A stretch of DNA of 25,681 nt from Candidatus Rokuibacteriota bacterium. Its GTDB lineage: Bacteria > Methylomirabilota > Methylomirabilia > Rokubacteriales > CSP1-6. This document shows positions 1 through 8,608 of the stretch, in pieces. The notes under the pieces were generated by a model. That model had not been told where the DNA came from. It searched no databases and saw nothing but the letters and a program-made list of their open reading frames with translations. Every line of letters begins with the position of its first letter. Within the stretch, counting starts at the first letter, position 1. The DNA lies in assembly GCA_016184305.1 (NCBI GenBank), contig JACPCX010000188.1:1-25681 (forward strand), read 5' to 3'. Made by a program: the position numbers and the translations under genes.

Positions 1-126
1 GAGCTGCTCGAAGTTCTGGGTGACGAACACGCCGCGCTCGTAGAGCAGCGATCCCATCGCTCCGTCGAACACGAGGAGCGACTTCATCGCCTCACGGAAC
101 GGGGTGTCCCGGCGTGTGAGAGACAT
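1..126 (-). CDS. 5' part of a homocysteine S-methyltransferase-domain protein (YitJ/MetH-like), running off the window edge
   Basis: Manual translation from ATG 126: MSLTRRDTPFREAMKSLLVFDGAMGSLLYERGVFVTQNFEQL. It contains the family N-terminal motif DGAMG(S/T)LL. It is absent from the ORF track because there is no stop in the window. Confidence 0.8.
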   Translation of the reverse strand, partial: MSLTRRDTPFREAMKSLLVFDGAMGSLLYERGVFVTQNFEQL

Positions 127-322
127 GCGCTATGTTACTCCGTCTCCGCGGGACACGTCTACGCGAGAGCCGCGAGACGACGATGCCCCGGCGCGGGGAG
201 GCCGCTCACATGACGGGAGGAGGCCCACGAGCGGGCGAGTGGGATTCGTCGGACCGGGGACCCAGGGGGATGCCGGTGACGGCGAACCGGGCGAAGGCCG
301 GCGTCGCGCTGGTTGTCGGGGC

Positions 323-358
323 CTACAGCCCCATCATGCGCGCGATGATGTTGCGCCG
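323..358 (-). pseudogene. Possible C-terminal vestige of an acyl-CoA dehydrogenase gene
   Basis: Reads RRNIIARMMGL*, resembling the ...QRNIIAR.LGL* C-terminus of acyl-CoA dehydrogenases; no upstream gene body. Confidence 0.35.
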
Positions 359-374
359 GGGCGCCCGGGGGCGG

Positions 375-2192
375 TCACGTCTTCAGGTGGAAGGGCACGT
401 CCACCACGACAACCCCGCGCCGGAACAGCAGGGCGCCCTTGACGAGGAGCGCGGTCTGGTTGTGCAGCAGGTGCTGCCACCAGCGCCGGGGGATGAACTC
501 CGGGATCACGATGGTGACCACCGAGTTGGGCCCCTCCCGCTGGACCTGGTCGATGTAGTCGAGAAGGGGCCCGAGCACCGACCGGTATGGCGACGTCAGC
601 ACGATGAGCGGCACGCCGCCGCTCACCTTGCCCCACCGCTCCTCCACCCAGGCCGTGCGGGCCGGATCGGTCTCGACGAAGACGGCGCGGGGACGATCGG
701 CGAGCGTCTCGGCGAAGCGCAGCGCCTTGACCACGCCCATGTGGACGTCGCCGGCCAGCACCAGCACCGTGTTCCTCACGGGCGGCTCGCCGGCCAGGCG
801 GTCGAGCGACAGCTCCTCGGCCACCGACTCGTAGTGACGGTGAATGGCGAGGAAGCCCAGGACGATCACGGGGATCAGGACCACCACGATCCAGGCGCCG
901 TGGGTGAACTTGGTCACGGCGAAGACGATGGTGACGACGCCCGTGACCAGCGCGCCCACCCCGTTGACGGCCAGGCGCCACCGCCATCCGCCCCCCTTGT
1001 GCGTGAGCCAGTGGCGGACCATTCCGGACTGGGACAGGGTGAAGGAGATGAAGACGCCCACGGCGTAGAGGGGGATCAGGGCGTGGGTCTCGCCGCGGAA
1101 GAGGACGATGAGCAGGGCGGCCAGCGCCGCGAGGATGACGACGCCGTTGGAGAAGACCAGCCGATCCCCGAGGGTGGTGAACTGGCGGGGCGCGTAGCGG
1201 TCCCGGGCCAGGAGCGAGGAGAGCCGAGGGAAGTCGGCAAAGGAGGTGTTGGCAGCCAGGACCAGGATCAGCGTCGTGGACCCCTGGATGAGGAAGTAGA
1301 AGAGCCCGTCGCCGAAGAGGCTGCGGGCGATCTGGGACACCACGGTCTCGTCCTCGCCGGGGATCACGCCGAGCGCCCGGGCAAGCACCGTGATGCCGAG
1401 GAAGAGCGTGCCCAGGATCACCGCCATCCACGCCAGCGTGATGGCCGCGTTCCGGGACTCGGGCGGCTTGAACGCGGGGATCCCGTTGGAGATCGCCTCC
1501 ACGCCCGTGACCGCGGTGCAGCCCGAGGAGAACGCGCGGAGGACCAGGAACCAGGTCAATGCGGTGGTTGCCGCGGGCGGGGGTGTCGGCAGCGGGCGGA
1601 GATCGCCGCTGAGCCAGCGGAAGATGCCGGTGGCGACGAGGACGCCGAACGTCGCGATGAAGAGATACGTCGGCAGCGCGAAGACCCGGCCTGACTCCCT
1701 CACGCCCCGCAGGTTGGCGAAGGCGATGGCCGCGATGAAGACGACGCCAAGGGCAACCTTGTAGCTCAACAGGGCCGGTGCCGCGGAGGTGATGGCGGCC
1801 ACACCGGCCGCCACCGAGACCGACACCGTGAGCACATAATCGATGAGCAGGGCGGCCGCCGCCACCAGGCCCGGCGCCGCCCCCAGGTTCGCGCGCGCCA
1901 CGATGTACGACCCGCCGCCGCTGGGATAGGCGTGCAGGGTCTGCTGATACGACAGGACGACAACGGTCAGCAGTGCGGTGATGGCCACGCCGATCGGAAT
2001 CGTGAGATGGGCGGCGGCGGGGCCCGCCAGCACGAGGACCAGGAGGATCTCCTCGGTGGCGTAGGCCACCGACGACAGGTTATCCGACGAGAAGACGGCG
2101 AGGGCGACGGTCTTTGAGAGCCGCTCGTGGCGAGCCTGGGCGATGGGCATCGGCGCGCCGACCAGCCAGCGCTTGAGAAGGGTGTTCTTCAT
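375..2192 (-). CDS. APC-superfamily permease, KimA/YdaO-like K+ transporter
   Basis: 605 aa with about 12 hydrophobic helices. Motifs SSDNLSSVAYATEE, YPSGGGSY, TGVEAISNG and ANTSFADFPRL, plus a soluble C-terminal domain (SPYRS...LHNQT) typical of YdaO/KimA. Confidence 0.85.
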   Translation of the reverse strand: MKNTLLKRWLVGAPMPIAQARHERLSKTVALAVFSSDNLSSVAYATEEILLVLVLAGPAAAHLTIPIGVAITALLTVVVLSYQQTLHAYPSGGGSYIVARANLGAAPGLVAAAALLIDYVLTVSVSVAAGVAAITSAAPALLSYKVALGVVFIAAIAFANLRGVRESGRVFALPTYLFIATFGVLVATGIFRWLSGDLRPLPTPPPAATTALTWFLVLRAFSSGCTAVTGVEAISNGIPAFKPPESRNAAITLAWMAVILGTLFLGITVLARALGVIPGEDETVVSQIARSLFGDGLFYFLIQGSTTLILVLAANTSFADFPRLSSLLARDRYAPRQFTTLGDRLVFSNGVVILAALAALLIVLFRGETHALIPLYAVGVFISFTLSQSGMVRHWLTHKGGGWRWRLAVNGVGALVTGVVTIVFAVTKFTHGAWIVVVLIPVIVLGFLAIHRHYESVAEELSLDRLAGEPPVRNTVLVLAGDVHMGVVKALRFAETLADRPRAVFVETDPARTAWVEERWGKVSGGVPLIVLTSPYRSVLGPLLDYIDQVQREGPNSVVTIVIPEFIPRRWWQHLLHNQTALLVKGALLFRRGVVVVDVPFHLKT

Positions 2193-2261
2193 CGCCCGGG
2201 CCAGCCGTCGCGCATCATGCGGATGACTCTACATCGGCATGGGCGCTGCGCGCCGAGGCCC

Positions 2262-2334
2262 CGCGATTTTTACGCGATTTTAACGGCCCGTGCTGGCTTC
2301 TTCACGCCGCCTTTACGACGGGATATGGCAGGCT
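2262..2334 (+). promoter_or_regulatory. Candidate KdpE (OmpR/PhoB-type) operator and promoter
   Basis: Hexamers TTTACG 2269, TTAACG 2280, TTCACG 2301 and TTTACG 2312 are spaced 11/21/11 bp. CGCGATTTT is directly repeated at 2262 and 2273. A possible extended -10 (TGgCAGGCT) lies at 2326-2334. Confidence 0.55.
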
Positions 2335-2356
2335 CGTGCCAGGAGTCCGACACGCC

Positions 2357-2698
2357 ATGCACAAGGTTCGCGACGCGGCCACTCGGCGGGTGCATCCGCA
2401 CTGGGGCCGCCTCTACACGATCGTGCCGCTGGCTGCCTCGGCAGTCGCGCTGATCGAGTCCACGGTGGAAGCGCCCATGATCCGGAGCCTGCTCCCGTGG
2501 GGGTTCGTCCTCGCGGTCTTCGGCACCATGGCGTGGTGGGTGCGCGCGAACCGGGTCGCGCTCGATCAGGCGGAGTCCTGTGCCTGCGCCGAGAGGGCGA
2601 TCGGTGTTCGCGTGATCCGGTCGCGACCGCTGGCCGTGTCGCGCCCGCGGTCCGCGCGATCCCGCCCCACGCCGAAGGGCGTTACACTGGGGGTGTGA
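2357..2698 (+). CDS. Small two-TM membrane protein of unknown function
   Basis: AGGAG at 2341-2345 precedes ATG 2357. Two hydrophobic segments and a CAC motif. Its TGA overlaps the GTG start of kdpD (GTGA 2695-2698). Confidence 0.6.
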   Translation: MHKVRDAATRRVHPHWGRLYTIVPLAASAVALIESTVEAPMIRSLLPWGFVLAVFGTMAWWVRANRVALDQAESCACAERAIGVRVIRSRPLAVSRPRSARSRPTPKGVTLGV

Positions 2699-4245
2699 GC
2701 AGGGAGGTCGCGACACCCGCCGCCCGTCGCCCCACTCCGGGCTGGATCAAGGCGGGATACCTGCAGGCCGTGGCCACCGTCGCTCTGGCCACGGCCGTCT
2801 CGTGGGTCATGTTCCCCTTCTTCGATCTGGCGGACCTGATCATGACCTATCTCCTGGGAATCGTCGTCATCGCGACCCAGTACGGACGTGGTCCGTCCAT
2901 CGTGGTGTCCGTCGTGAGCGTCGCCTCCTTCGACTTCTTCTTCGTGCCGCCGTATCTCACGTTCGTCGTCTCCAACCCGCAGCACGTGTTGACATTCGCG
3001 GTCATGCTGGTCGTGGGCCTCGTCATCAGCGGGTTGACTGTCCGGATCCGCCTGCAGGCTGAAGCGGCCGGGCGGCGCGAGCACAGCACGGCCGCCCTCT
3101 ACGCCATGAGCCGGGAGCTGGCGCAGACAGGCGCCGTCGAGGAGCTCGTCCAGATCGCGGCGCGACATATCGAGGACGTCTTCGAGGCGGAGGTCGTGGT
3201 CTTGCTGCCCGGCGCGGACGGTCGGCTCCAGACCGTCGGGCATGAGAGGAGCTGCCCCATGGAACCCGACGACGCCACACTCGGCCGCTGGGTCTACGAG
3301 CACGGCCAGCCGGCTGGACTCGGCACGGCCACCTGCCCGGCTGCCGGTGCGGGTTACGTTCCCCTCCTGGGACACCAGGGGGCGCTCGGGGTGGTGAGGG
3401 TTGGCCCCCGGCACCCCGACGTGTTCACCCTGTCCGAGCCCCGCCGCCAGCTCGAGACGTTTCTCAACCAGACCGGGCTCGCCCTCGAGCGCGCGCGCCT
3501 GGCGGATGAAGCCCAGCAGGCACGGGTGCGCGCAGAGACGGAGCGGCTCCGGAGCTCGCTATTGACATCGGTCTCCCACGACCTCCGCACGCCACTGGCC
3601 ACGATCACGGGCGCTGCGACCACCATCATCGAGAGCGGATCGCGCCTGGATGAGCGAACGCAGCAGGAGCTGCTGGAGTCGATTCGCGACGAAGCTTACC
3701 GGTTGAATCGTCTCGTCCAGAACCTGCTGGAGATGACCCGGCTGGAGTCGGGTGCCCTCCAGCTCCGTCGCGAGTGGCATCCGCTCGAGGAGGTGATCGG
3801 GGCAGCTCTCGGACGACTCTCCACGGCCCTCGGCTCCCGTCCTGTCACGGTGAACATCCCGCGCGACCTGACGCTCGTGCCAATCGACGACGTGCTCATC
3901 GAGCAGGTCCTGGTGAACCTGTTCGACAACGCGGTCAAGTACACTCCGCCGGACACCGCCATCCGGATCCTCGCGACCCCCACCGATGGTCAGGTCACCG
4001 TGGAGATCGCGGACGGCGGGCCGGGCCTGCCCGGGGGCGAAGAGGATCGAGTCTTCGAGAAGTTCTACCGGGCCGCCTCGAACGATCGTCGCGGCGCCGG
4101 TCTCGGCCTGGCGATCTGCCGGGGCATCGTCCAGGCACACGGTGGGCGCATGTGGGCACGGAACCTTCCGGAGGGGGGCGTCGCGTTCCTCTTCACCCTC
4201 CCCGTGACGGGCACTCCACCGGCCTCGGTGCCCGCCGATGCCTGA
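2695..4245 (+). CDS. kdpD: KdpD-like sensor histidine kinase lacking the N-terminal KdpD/Usp domains
   Basis: Four-TM DUF4118-like region (FDFFFVPPYLTF), GAF-like region, H-box SVSHDLRTPL, N-box NAVKYTP and GAGLGLAIC. Start re-assigned from 2290 to the coupled in-frame GTG at 2695. Confidence 0.85.
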   Translation: MSREVATPAARRPTPGWIKAGYLQAVATVALATAVSWVMFPFFDLADLIMTYLLGIVVIATQYGRGPSIVVSVVSVASFDFFFVPPYLTFVVSNPQHVLTFAVMLVVGLVISGLTVRIRLQAEAAGRREHSTAALYAMSRELAQTGAVEELVQIAARHIEDVFEAEVVVLLPGADGRLQTVGHERSCPMEPDDATLGRWVYEHGQPAGLGTATCPAAGAGYVPLLGHQGALGVVRVGPRHPDVFTLSEPRRQLETFLNQTGLALERARLADEAQQARVRAETERLRSSLLTSVSHDLRTPLATITGAATTIIESGSRLDERTQQELLESIRDEAYRLNRLVQNLLEMTRLESGALQLRREWHPLEEVIGAALGRLSTALGSRPVTVNIPRDLTLVPIDDVLIEQVLVNLFDNAVKYTPPDTAIRILATPTDGQVTVEIADGGPGLPGGEEDRVFEKFYRAASNDRRGAGLGLAICRGIVQAHGGRMWARNLPEGGVAFLFTLPVTGTPPASVPADA

Positions 4246-4951
4246 CCCCGCCGTCGTCCTCGTCGAAGACGAGCCCCAGATCCGGCGCTTTCTCCGGGCC
4301 ACCCTGACCGGCCAAGGCTATCGGCTGTTCGAGGCGACGACGGGCGCGGCAGGCCTCGTGGAAGTGGGCTCCCGCCAGCCGGACGTCGTCATCGTAGACC
4401 TGGGATTGCCAGACATGGACGGCCTCGACGTCATTCGCCGGCTCCGCGAATGGACGGCCATCCCGATCATCGTCCTGTCGGCGCGGGGCCAGGAACGAGA
4501 CAAGGTGATGGCCCTCGACGTCGGCGCCGACGACTATGTGAGCAAACCGTTCGGTGCCGGTGAGCTCCTCGCGCGGATCCGCGTGGCGCTCCGTCATGCC
4601 GCCGGCGCCACTCGCGAGGGAGACGAGACACCGTTCACGGTCGATGACCTGCACGTAGATCTTCTGCGCCGCCAGGTGTTCGTCGCCGGCAAGGAGGTAC
4701 ATTTCACGCCGATCGAGTACAAGCTGCTGACCACGCTCGTCCGCCACGCGGGCAGGGTTGTCACACACCAGCAGCTGCTTCGCGAGGTCTGGGGGCCGGC
4801 GCATACCGACCAGGCCCACTATGTCCGCGTCTACATGGCGCATCTGCGTCACAAGCTCGAAGCCGAGCCGGCCCGTCCTCGTTATCTGCTGACGGAGCCC
4901 GGTGTCGGCTACCGGCTGGCGGCCGACTGGAGCGGCTCAGGCCGCGCGTGA
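4238..4951 (+). CDS. kdpE: KdpE response regulator (REC plus winged helix)
   Basis: VEDEPQIRRFL, DLGLPDMDG, GADDYVSKPF and TEPGVGYR motifs; overlaps the kdpD stop. Confidence 0.92.
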   Translation: MPDPAVVLVEDEPQIRRFLRATLTGQGYRLFEATTGAAGLVEVGSRQPDVVIVDLGLPDMDGLDVIRRLREWTAIPIIVLSARGQERDKVMALDVGADDYVSKPFGAGELLARIRVALRHAAGATREGDETPFTVDDLHVDLLRRQVFVAGKEVHFTPIEYKLLTTLVRHAGRVVTHQQLLREVWGPAHTDQAHYVRVYMAHLRHKLEAEPARPRYLLTEPGVGYRLAADWSGSGRA

Positions 4952-6220
4952 GCGCGGCGGAGGGGCGGGGCGCCGCGCGAGGACGAAGAAGATGGAGCCT
5001 GCGCCGGCGAGCGTCGCCAGCACCGTGAAGCCCAGCTCGTAGCTCCCCGTCCGATCGGCAAGGATGCCCGCGATCAGCGGGCCGGCCATCATTCCCAGCA
5101 TCACGATCATGGAGGAGATCCCCGTGATCATGCCGAAGGAGCCGCTGCCGAAATAGTCCGCCCGGATGGCAGCCATCAGCGGGCCGCGGATCCCCCAGGC
5201 CAGGCCATGCAGCACGGCGAATCCGAGGACCATCCAGAAGGCCGTCGCCGAGGCGAGCAGGAGCAGCGCCGCCGCGTGGCCGGCCATGCACGCCACGATG
5301 ATGGCGCGCTTGTTGAAGCGATCGCCGGCCCAGCCGCCGCCGAGCTGACCAACCACCTGCATCGCGGTCATCAGGGCGATGACCGCGGTGCCCTGGCGCA
5401 GGGAATAGCCGAGGCGCTCGGTCACGTGCACCACGAGGTGGACCAGCACCGCGGAGACCACCAGGAGCGCCGAGCCGTGGCCGAGGGAGATGAGCCAGAA
5501 GGCCGGCGTGCGCATGGCCTCGCGCGGGGTGAAGTCGGCGGGAGCGGCGTGGGCGGCTCCGTGCCCTCCCGCCGGGGCGCGCCCGGGCGGCGCCGGCGCA
5601 GTCTCGGGCAGGTCGCCGTCGGGACGGAGGCCGTAGGGCTCCGGGCGGTGACGCACGAGCTGGGCGATGGGCAGGCCGAGCAGCAGGATCAGCACGCCGG
5701 AGGCGGCAGCCGTCCACCGCCAGCCGTAGCGGGTGAGCGACAGGGCCACGAGCTGGGTGAGGAACCCCCCGACCGCCATGCCCATCGAGCTGATGCCGAG
5801 CGCCAGCGCGCGTCGCCGCCGGAACCAGCTCACGATGGCGACGCTGATGGGGAGATAGCCGCCGAGGCCCGAGCCGAGCGCGATCATGAAGAAGGTGACG
5901 AAGAAGCCGAGCGGGGATGTGAACTGGCTGAACAGGAGGAAGCCCACGCCGAAGATCACCATGCCGACGCGGATGAGGGCTCGCGGGCCGAAGCGGTCGG
6001 TGAGCCAGCCCTGGACCGGACCGAGGATGCCGCTCTCCGCCCGCGCCATCGAGAAGGCGGCGGAGAGCATGGTCTTGCTCCAGCCGAACTCCTCCCGCAG
6101 CAGGACGACGTAGGCCCCGTAGGCATGGAACACCAGGGCGCCGATGAGGGCTTCGAGGCCGAACCCTGCGGCGACGATCCACCAGCCGTAGAACACCCGG
6201 TCGCGCAGGCGTGGGAGCAT
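4937..6220 (-). CDS. MFS transporter (monocarboxylate/OFA-like)
   Basis: 427 aa with a 12-TM pattern. N-terminal FYGWWIV; MFS motif-A-like GWLTDRFGPR and GWAGDRFNKR. Confidence 0.88.
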   Translation of the reverse strand: MLPRLRDRVFYGWWIVAAGFGLEALIGALVFHAYGAYVVLLREEFGWSKTMLSAAFSMARAESGILGPVQGWLTDRFGPRALIRVGMVIFGVGFLLFSQFTSPLGFFVTFFMIALGSGLGGYLPISVAIVSWFRRRRALALGISSMGMAVGGFLTQLVALSLTRYGWRWTAAASGVLILLLGLPIAQLVRHRPEPYGLRPDGDLPETAPAPPGRAPAGGHGAAHAAPADFTPREAMRTPAFWLISLGHGSALLVVSAVLVHLVVHVTERLGYSLRQGTAVIALMTAMQVVGQLGGGWAGDRFNKRAIIVACMAGHAAALLLLASATAFWMVLGFAVLHGLAWGIRGPLMAAIRADYFGSGSFGMITGISSMIVMLGMMAGPLIAGILADRTGSYELGFTVLATLAGAGSIFFVLARRPAPPPRSRAA

Positions 6221-6237
6221 GCGAGTAGAGCCGCGCC

Positions 6238-6246
6238 ACTATATCA
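6238..6246 (-). promoter_or_regulatory. Possible extended -10 element for the MFS gene
   Basis: Minus strand reads TGaTATAGT, 17 nt upstream of ATG 6220. Confidence 0.3.
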
Positions 6247-6329
6247 CGCGCGCCCGTCTTCGCGGTTGCGTCCGCGCGTCGTTCTGCGCCATGCTGGCAA
6301 AGGCCGACCCGGCCGGAGGGAAAGCGATC

Positions 6330-6593
6330 ATGAGCGACGGGAACGGCGCCATCCGCGGCGCGCCCGGCTACCTGGACCGCCACGTCGAGGCATTCACGCG
6401 CAACCTCGGAGATCTCGGGCGCATCCCGAGCATGTCGGCGAGCGGCTTTCCGCCCGAGGAGATGCAACGCTCGGCCGAGGCCACGGCGGAGGTGCTGCGC
6501 CGGGCGGGCATCGAGAACGTCGGGATCATCAAGATCCCCGGCGGGCACCCGTATGTTTACGGCGACTGGCTGATGCGTCCGGGCACGCCCACG
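6330..6593 (+). pseudogene. N-terminal fragment of an M20-family dipeptidase/amidohydrolase
   Basis: GGAGG RBS, then MSDGN...LGRIPSMSA...GGHPYVYGDWLMRPGTPT. Similarity stops just before the expected metal-binding L.YGH.DVQP motif. Confidence 0.65.
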
Positions 6594-6654
6594 CGGGGCT
6601 TGCGGTGCCGGGCCGCTTCTGGTAACGAGGAAGCACAGACTGAAGGAGGATCTC

Positions 6655-7503
6655 ATGCCCATCGCCTATATCCAGCGAACCCAGGAACGCTACGCCGCCT
6701 TCGCGCCCTACAAGTGGGCGATCAACGCGGAGGCGCCGTGGACGCCGCTCGCGAAGCCGATCAGGGACTGCCGACTCGCCGTCATCACCTCCGGCGGCTT
6801 CTACCTCCCGGGCCAGGAGCCCTTCGTGGACAACGACACCTCGTTCCGGGTGCTCCCGAAGGGCGTGGACCTGCGAGAGCTGAAGATCCACCACCACGGC
6901 TACCGCGATGCCGACGCCGACCGCGATCCGAACTGCGTCTTCCCCATGGACCGGCTGCGTGAGCTGGAGGCCACGGGTGTCATCGGCGAGCTCGCGGGCG
7001 CGCTCAGCTTCGTCATGGTGTACTCGCATCGCCGCGAGATCCAGGAACGCGCGCCCAAGATGATCGCGGCGCTCACGGCCATGGGGGCCGAGGCCGCGCT
7101 GTGCGTCCCCGTCTGACCCGTCTGCCATCAGTCCGTCGGACTGATCGCGCGCGAGATCGAGCGAGCCGGCATCCCGACGCTCTGCATGAGCTCGGCCTGG
7201 GACATCACCTTCGCGGTGAAACCGCCCCGGGCGGTCTTCATCAACTTCCCGCTCAACCACGAGACGGGGAAGGCGGAGGATGCGCCGCTTCAGCGCCGGA
7301 TCCTGCTCGACGCCTTCAAGGCCTTCGAGACGCTCTGGGCCCCGGGGCAGATCCTGACCCTGCCGTACGTCTGGGACCCGAGCGACCGTGGCTGGGAGGA
7401 CAAGGACTTCGGCCCCGGCTTCGAGCTGTACGGCACAGGCGAGTCCCTGCAGGAAGGGTTCGGCGAGAAGACGCTCCAGCGCGCGGGGAAGACGGGAGCC
7501 TGA
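6655..7503 (+). CDS. Selenoprotein of the D-proline/glycine/betaine reductase component B family (PrdB-like), Sec at UGA 7114-7116
   Basis: ORFs 6655-7116 and 7186-7503 are in one frame. Reading through the TGA gives LCVPV-U-PVCHQSVGLIAREIERAGIPT, matching the PrdB U-x-x-C-H motif. D.N..FP.DRL.EL lies upstream, AGGAGG is the RBS, and a SECIS-like hairpin follows the UGA. Confidence 0.88.
7127..7145 (+). promoter_or_regulatory. Bacterial SECIS-like hairpin
   Basis: ATCAGTCC-GTC-GGACTGAT is a perfect 8-bp stem starting at the 11th nt after the UGA, with GU in the loop. Confidence 0.75.
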
Positions 7504-7531
7504 GCACCGCAAGGAAGCAACGGAGGACGCC

Positions 7532-8581
7532 ATGAAAGGCGTGACATTCCCGGGCGACCGGACGACCGAGACGATCGAATTTCCCGATCCCACCCCCGGC
7601 ATGGGCGAGGTGGCGGTGGCAATCAAAGCGTCCGGCATGTGCGGGTCGGATTTGAAAAGCTACCGCCGGGCCAAGGGGGCGGCGACCAGTTTCCGCTCGG
7701 CAAAGATCACCGGTCCCGTGATCATGGGCCACGAGCCCTGCGGCGTGGTGGCCGCGGTCGGCCCCGGTGTCACCAAGGCCTGGGCCCAGGTGGGGGACCG
7801 CGTGATGGTGCACCACTACCAGGGTTGTACCGTCTGCAACCATTGCCGCTCCGGCTGGGCGCAATTGTGCCAGGAAGTGCCGGTGGAAGTGTATGGCAAC
7901 AACGCCCATGGCGCGCACGCCCGATATATGTGCGTGCCGGCCAACACGCTGGTCAGACTGCCGGACGAGCTGTCGTTCCAGGCTGGCGCGGCGATCTCCT
8001 GCGGCACCGGCACCGCCTATGGCGCGTTGCGGCGGCTGAACCTGTCGGGCAACGACACGATTGCCATTTTCGGCCAAGGCCCGGTGGGCCTGTCCGCCAC
8101 CCAGCTCGCCAAGGCGATGGGGGCGCGGGTGATCGCGCTCGATATCAGCCCCGAACGGCTGGCGCGCGCGAAGGAATTCGGCGCTGACGAGGTGATCGAT
8201 CCCGGGTCCACTGATGCGATCGCCGCCATCAAGGACCTCACGCGCGGCTACGGCGCGCGCTGCACGCTGGATACCTCCGGGTCGCCCGAGGCGCGCATCC
8301 AGGCGGTGCGCAGCGCCGGGGTCTGGGGCACGGTGTGCTTCGTGGGCGAAGGCAACGACGTGACCATCGATGTCAGCCCGGACATGCTGCGCAAGCAGCT
8401 CACCATCATCGCCTCCTGGACGTTCTCGGCGATGGGCCAGGCGGAGTGCGCGCGCTTCGTCATCGACCGCAAGATCGATGTCGACACGCTGTTCACGCAC
8501 ACCTGGAAGCTGGGGCAGGCGGACGAGGCGTACACACTGTTCGACAAGCAGAATACCGGCAAGGGTGTCTTCTTGATGTGA
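7532..8581 (+). CDS. Zn-dependent medium-chain alcohol/polyol dehydrogenase
   Basis: GMCGSD, GHEPCG, structural Zn C-x2-C-x2-C-x7-C and GQGPVG. GGAGG precedes ATG 7532, so the upstream extension to 7388 is unlikely. Confidence 0.9.
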   Translation: MKGVTFPGDRTTETIEFPDPTPGMGEVAVAIKASGMCGSDLKSYRRAKGAATSFRSAKITGPVIMGHEPCGVVAAVGPGVTKAWAQVGDRVMVHHYQGCTVCNHCRSGWAQLCQEVPVEVYGNNAHGAHARYMCVPANTLVRLPDELSFQAGAAISCGTGTAYGALRRLNLSGNDTIAIFGQGPVGLSATQLAKAMGARVIALDISPERLARAKEFGADEVIDPGSTDAIAAIKDLTRGYGARCTLDTSGSPEARIQAVRSAGVWGTVCFVGEGNDVTIDVSPDMLRKQLTIIASWTFSAMGQAECARFVIDRKIDVDTLFTHTWKLGQADEAYTLFDKQNTGKGVFLM

Positions 8582-8608
8582 GAGGGCTGACCGAAGCCAC
8601 CGCGCCGC

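Noticed and set aside
127..374. SAM or other riboswitch upstream of the homocysteine methyltransferase
   Set aside because: No recognisable SAM-I/II, SAH or cobalamin consensus by eye; an Rfam scan would be decisive.
2193..2356. c-di-AMP (ydaO) riboswitch ahead of the KimA-like gene
   Set aside because: No ydaO consensus seen; the region is better explained by phased regulator boxes.
4937..4951. Convergent 15-bp overlap of the kdpE and MFS 3' ends
   Set aside because: Common in GC-rich genomes; no evidence of function.
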